A DNA stretch of 25,127 bases from Paraspadella gotoi. Its lineage: Eukaryota; Animalia; Chaetognatha. Each line of letters starts with the position of its first letter. Position 1 is the first letter of the stretch. The notes under the pieces are model-generated. The model was given only the letters and a program-made list of their open reading frames with translations, made no database searches and was not told the origin of the DNA. The DNA is taken from positions 1-25,127 of the forward strand of contig JBJCIZ010000624.1 of NCBI GenBank assembly GCA_051294375.1, given 5' to 3'. Shown here in pieces: positions 22,705-25,127 of the stretch. Made by a program: the position numbers and the translations under genes.

Positions 22705-22990
22705 TGTATGAAATTGGTACAGACAATAAAAACTTATCCATTCATTATAATAAATAAGCTATCTTGCCCTGACTTTGGACAGGCTTTGGTGGTTTAAGGC
22801 CTCCAATCACTCTTCAGAGATAATTTCATAGGCAGGTCCCTGCAAGCTTTTCACTAGACTCTCTCACAGTCTCGTTTATTCACTCCAAGAGTACCTGGCT
22901 TCCCTATGCAATGAAGTAAGAAAATATTTCAAAGATGTTTCAAATGTGTATGAAGCAGACTCACCCTTGAATATTAAGACGTCGGGGAGT
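22705..22990 (-). mobile_element. Copy C of the L1/Tx1-like fragment
   Basis: Exact 31-mer at 22769-22799; the minus strand reads RRLNIQG*V (22984-22958) and GKPGTLGVNKRDCERV. Confidence 0.5.
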
Positions 22991-23058
22991 AACTTAATTG
23001 ACTTCGCCTATCAAAGGAAGAAGAATCAGAAAATGAGGCAAGCGAGCATGCATTTTAT

Positions 23059-23222
23059 TGAAAGATTGGTAGCAGCCAAATATAAGAATTATCGCATTCA
23101 TCTTAATAAATAAGCGCTATCTTGGCCCGGCTGACTTTGGACAGGCTTTGGTGGTTTAAGGGCCTCATCACTCTTACAAGATAATTCACAAGCAGGTCGC
23201 CTGCAAGCTTTCAAATAAGACT
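23059..23222 (-). mobile_element. Copy D (short) of the L1/Tx1-like fragment, ~360 bp from copy C in the same orientation
   Basis: Exact 31-mer at 23131-23161 plus colinear flanks (TAATAAATAAGC; CATCACTCTTACAAGATAAT; CCTGCAAGCTTT). Confidence 0.5.
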
Positions 23223-24901
23223 TCCTGAGATCATTGCAAGACATATATACTTAAATCATTGATTAATGACTATTGAATGGATCCTTTTCACTTATCGTAT
23301 ATGTATAGTACGGGTGTGGTAGCTAGGGATTGTGCCCACGTATCTATTGGTGGTTCCTCATAAAATTGCTCCCCTAGGATTCGTTGCCCCCTAGGGATTG
23401 CAAGGCCATAGCTAGCATTGGGCACATACAATTTGCAGCCATAGTATTCCGCCCACCGTATTCCACGTATTCGCCGGACGTATGTGCCTAGGGTAGGCTA
23501 ACACGGCATCCTAATGGAAGACCTAGTTGACTAAATATTTACTGTTAAAAATGATTATAGAAATATAGTTGCATGTAATGAATTTTTTCAAGTAATTTAA
23601 ATTCTTTTCTTTTGGCACGGTAATTTTTTAAAATAATTTTTTTTATTAATTATTTTATTAATTTATTAAAGTACACTAATATTAATGATTTCTGAGCTAT
23701 TATTATTTTTTTTTTAAATCTGTAATTTTTTAGTGTGGTATATTTTTAATTCTTTGTTATCAATAAAGATTTACTCTACCTTATGTATAAGGGCGCAACG
23801 TGAATAATAGTACATTAAACCGGAATCGAAGTTGGATACGCAGATTTTAATACATTATATTTAATATTATATGTATAAGGCTTAAAAGCAAGCAAAAGTA
23901 GTTAAGTATTTTAATTTTATGTAACAATCTCTTTGAAATTGCCTCGATTTTGGTTAACAGAAAAAGGAAAAGAGCATTCAACTGGGATCTCATTGTACAT
24001 TAGGGTCTATTTGTTGTTGGCTGCTCTTAGTTTATATTAGTATAAATCACTTATAAATTATTTTATATTTAGTAAATATCTATATCTACAAAACTATAAT
24101 GATTCCAATTATTGTTAATTTGTCGTACAAGGATAATTCGAACACGTTTAAAGAATTAAACGCCCCGGGAATAAAGAGGCGGTCATCGGTTAATCTGACA
24201 TTCGATCGTAAGCTAATTTCATAGATTTAGGGGGAAAGCCAGATAAAATGGACGCGGGGATCTCTCATGTTGGAGAATGTTCAAATCGAAATAAAAAAGG
24301 CTTTAAATTAAAGTTAGGCTAATAGTGATGTGAGTCACGATTGTGTGGAACTGGGTTTTGGGGCAAAATCTGAATCCATCTTGATACACGGAGCCGGGTA
24401 AATACTCAAGTTTCTTGCTGGGGCAGAAACGCGCGTTCTGTGCACTTGCAAGTTTCATTACTTCCTTTCTTCTCTCCGCTTGACCGCCCGGGAGACCTAC
24501 ACCCGCCCCCCCCTTTTCGCGCCATTTTTAACTCACGCCAGGAACTTACGGCGCGCCGAAAACGATTCAAGTGAATAGAACAGAAGGGCGACATATGGGC
24601 AGGAAAAATAATCCTTGGATGTATAAGGTTCCGTTCTTTTTGCATTTTGAACTTCGATAAATGAATTGGTTGGAAATTGGTTTCAGTTTCCATGATTACA
24701 ATTGTTTTTTTAAAAAGGAAAAAACTTTTTTTGCGATTTTCGATGTTTTAGTATTAGGAGAAAACAAATTTGATTTGTTTTTGCATAAAAGCGAAGAGTT
24801 ATTTTCGTTTCGCAAAACCAAATCATTTTGTAGAAGGAGAAGAAGAAGGAAAAGAGGGAGAAGGAGAAAAAAAAGAGAAGAAGAAGGAAAAGAAGCATAA
24901 G

Positions 24902-25127
24902 GAGAATCAAAGTAAGTAGGAGGAGAAAGAGAAGGAGTAGGAGTAGAAGGAAAAGAAAAAGAAGAAAGAGAAGAAAATTAGAAGAAGGAGAAAAAGAATG
25001 AGAAATAGAGAAAGGAGGAAAAGAAGAGAAAAAGTGGATGATGGCGTTTGGCGGGAATGGGAGGAAGGAGAGAGGGAAGAGGAAGGAAAGGGAAGTCATA
25101 TGTTGTTGAGAGTGGAAAGCATGGGGT
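24902..25127 (+). repeat. Direct repeat of ~20603-20847, truncated by the window end
   Basis: Shared non-trivial anchors AGAGAAAAAGTGGATGATGGCGTTTG and GAGGGAAGAGGAAGGAAAGGGAAGTCATATGTTGTTGA. Confidence 0.92.

Noticed and set aside
22904-22964. Apparent minus-strand GT-AG intron (GTGAGT...TTGCATAG), with a look-alike at ~19850-19900
   Set aside because: The donor overlaps the conserved G(R)V/GRI motif and is absent in copy A (GGAAGAATC), so continuous coding sequence is the simpler reading; not fully excluded without RNA-seq.
22832-23113. 93-codon stop-free plus-strand frame (AGPCKLFTRLSHSLVYSLQEYLASLCNEV...)
   Set aside because: The equivalent frame is interrupted in the other copies, and synonymous changes favour the minus-strand frame; treated as an antisense shadow.

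Overview
Eukaryotic, probably metazoan, AT-rich repeat-dense DNA with no supportable intact host gene, rRNA, CRISPR array or prokaryotic system. Nearly all ORFs in the supplied track are translations of (CT)n/(GA)n/(CTTT)n low-complexity sequence. Reading across frameshifts gives: (i) a Ty3/Gypsy integrase of CsRn1/Kabuki-like type at 7746-8550 (+); (ii) a probable RTE-clade LINE RT C-terminal fragment at ~18240-18925 (-); (iii) four copies of one short coding-derived segment resembling an L1/Tx1 LINE RT C-terminus (7425-7705 +; 19665-20111, 22705-22990 and 23059-23222 -); (iv) a DINE-1/HINE-like element with (GTCC)n and ~190-bp internal tandem repeats (3920-5160 -); (v) two related MITE-like units, one lying inside a split tRNA-like (SINE-head-like) sequence. 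The window has five N gaps, four of exactly 25 N. Insertion-rich duplicates of neighbouring sequence (10306-12572 vs 14325-16905; 20603-20847 vs 24902-25127) look like noisy long-read gap-fill, so many frameshifts and some duplications may be assembly error. I found no convincing novel biological system. The best leads are the amplified LINE-like segment and the split tRNA-like head. All protein matches are by-eye motif recognition, not database results.
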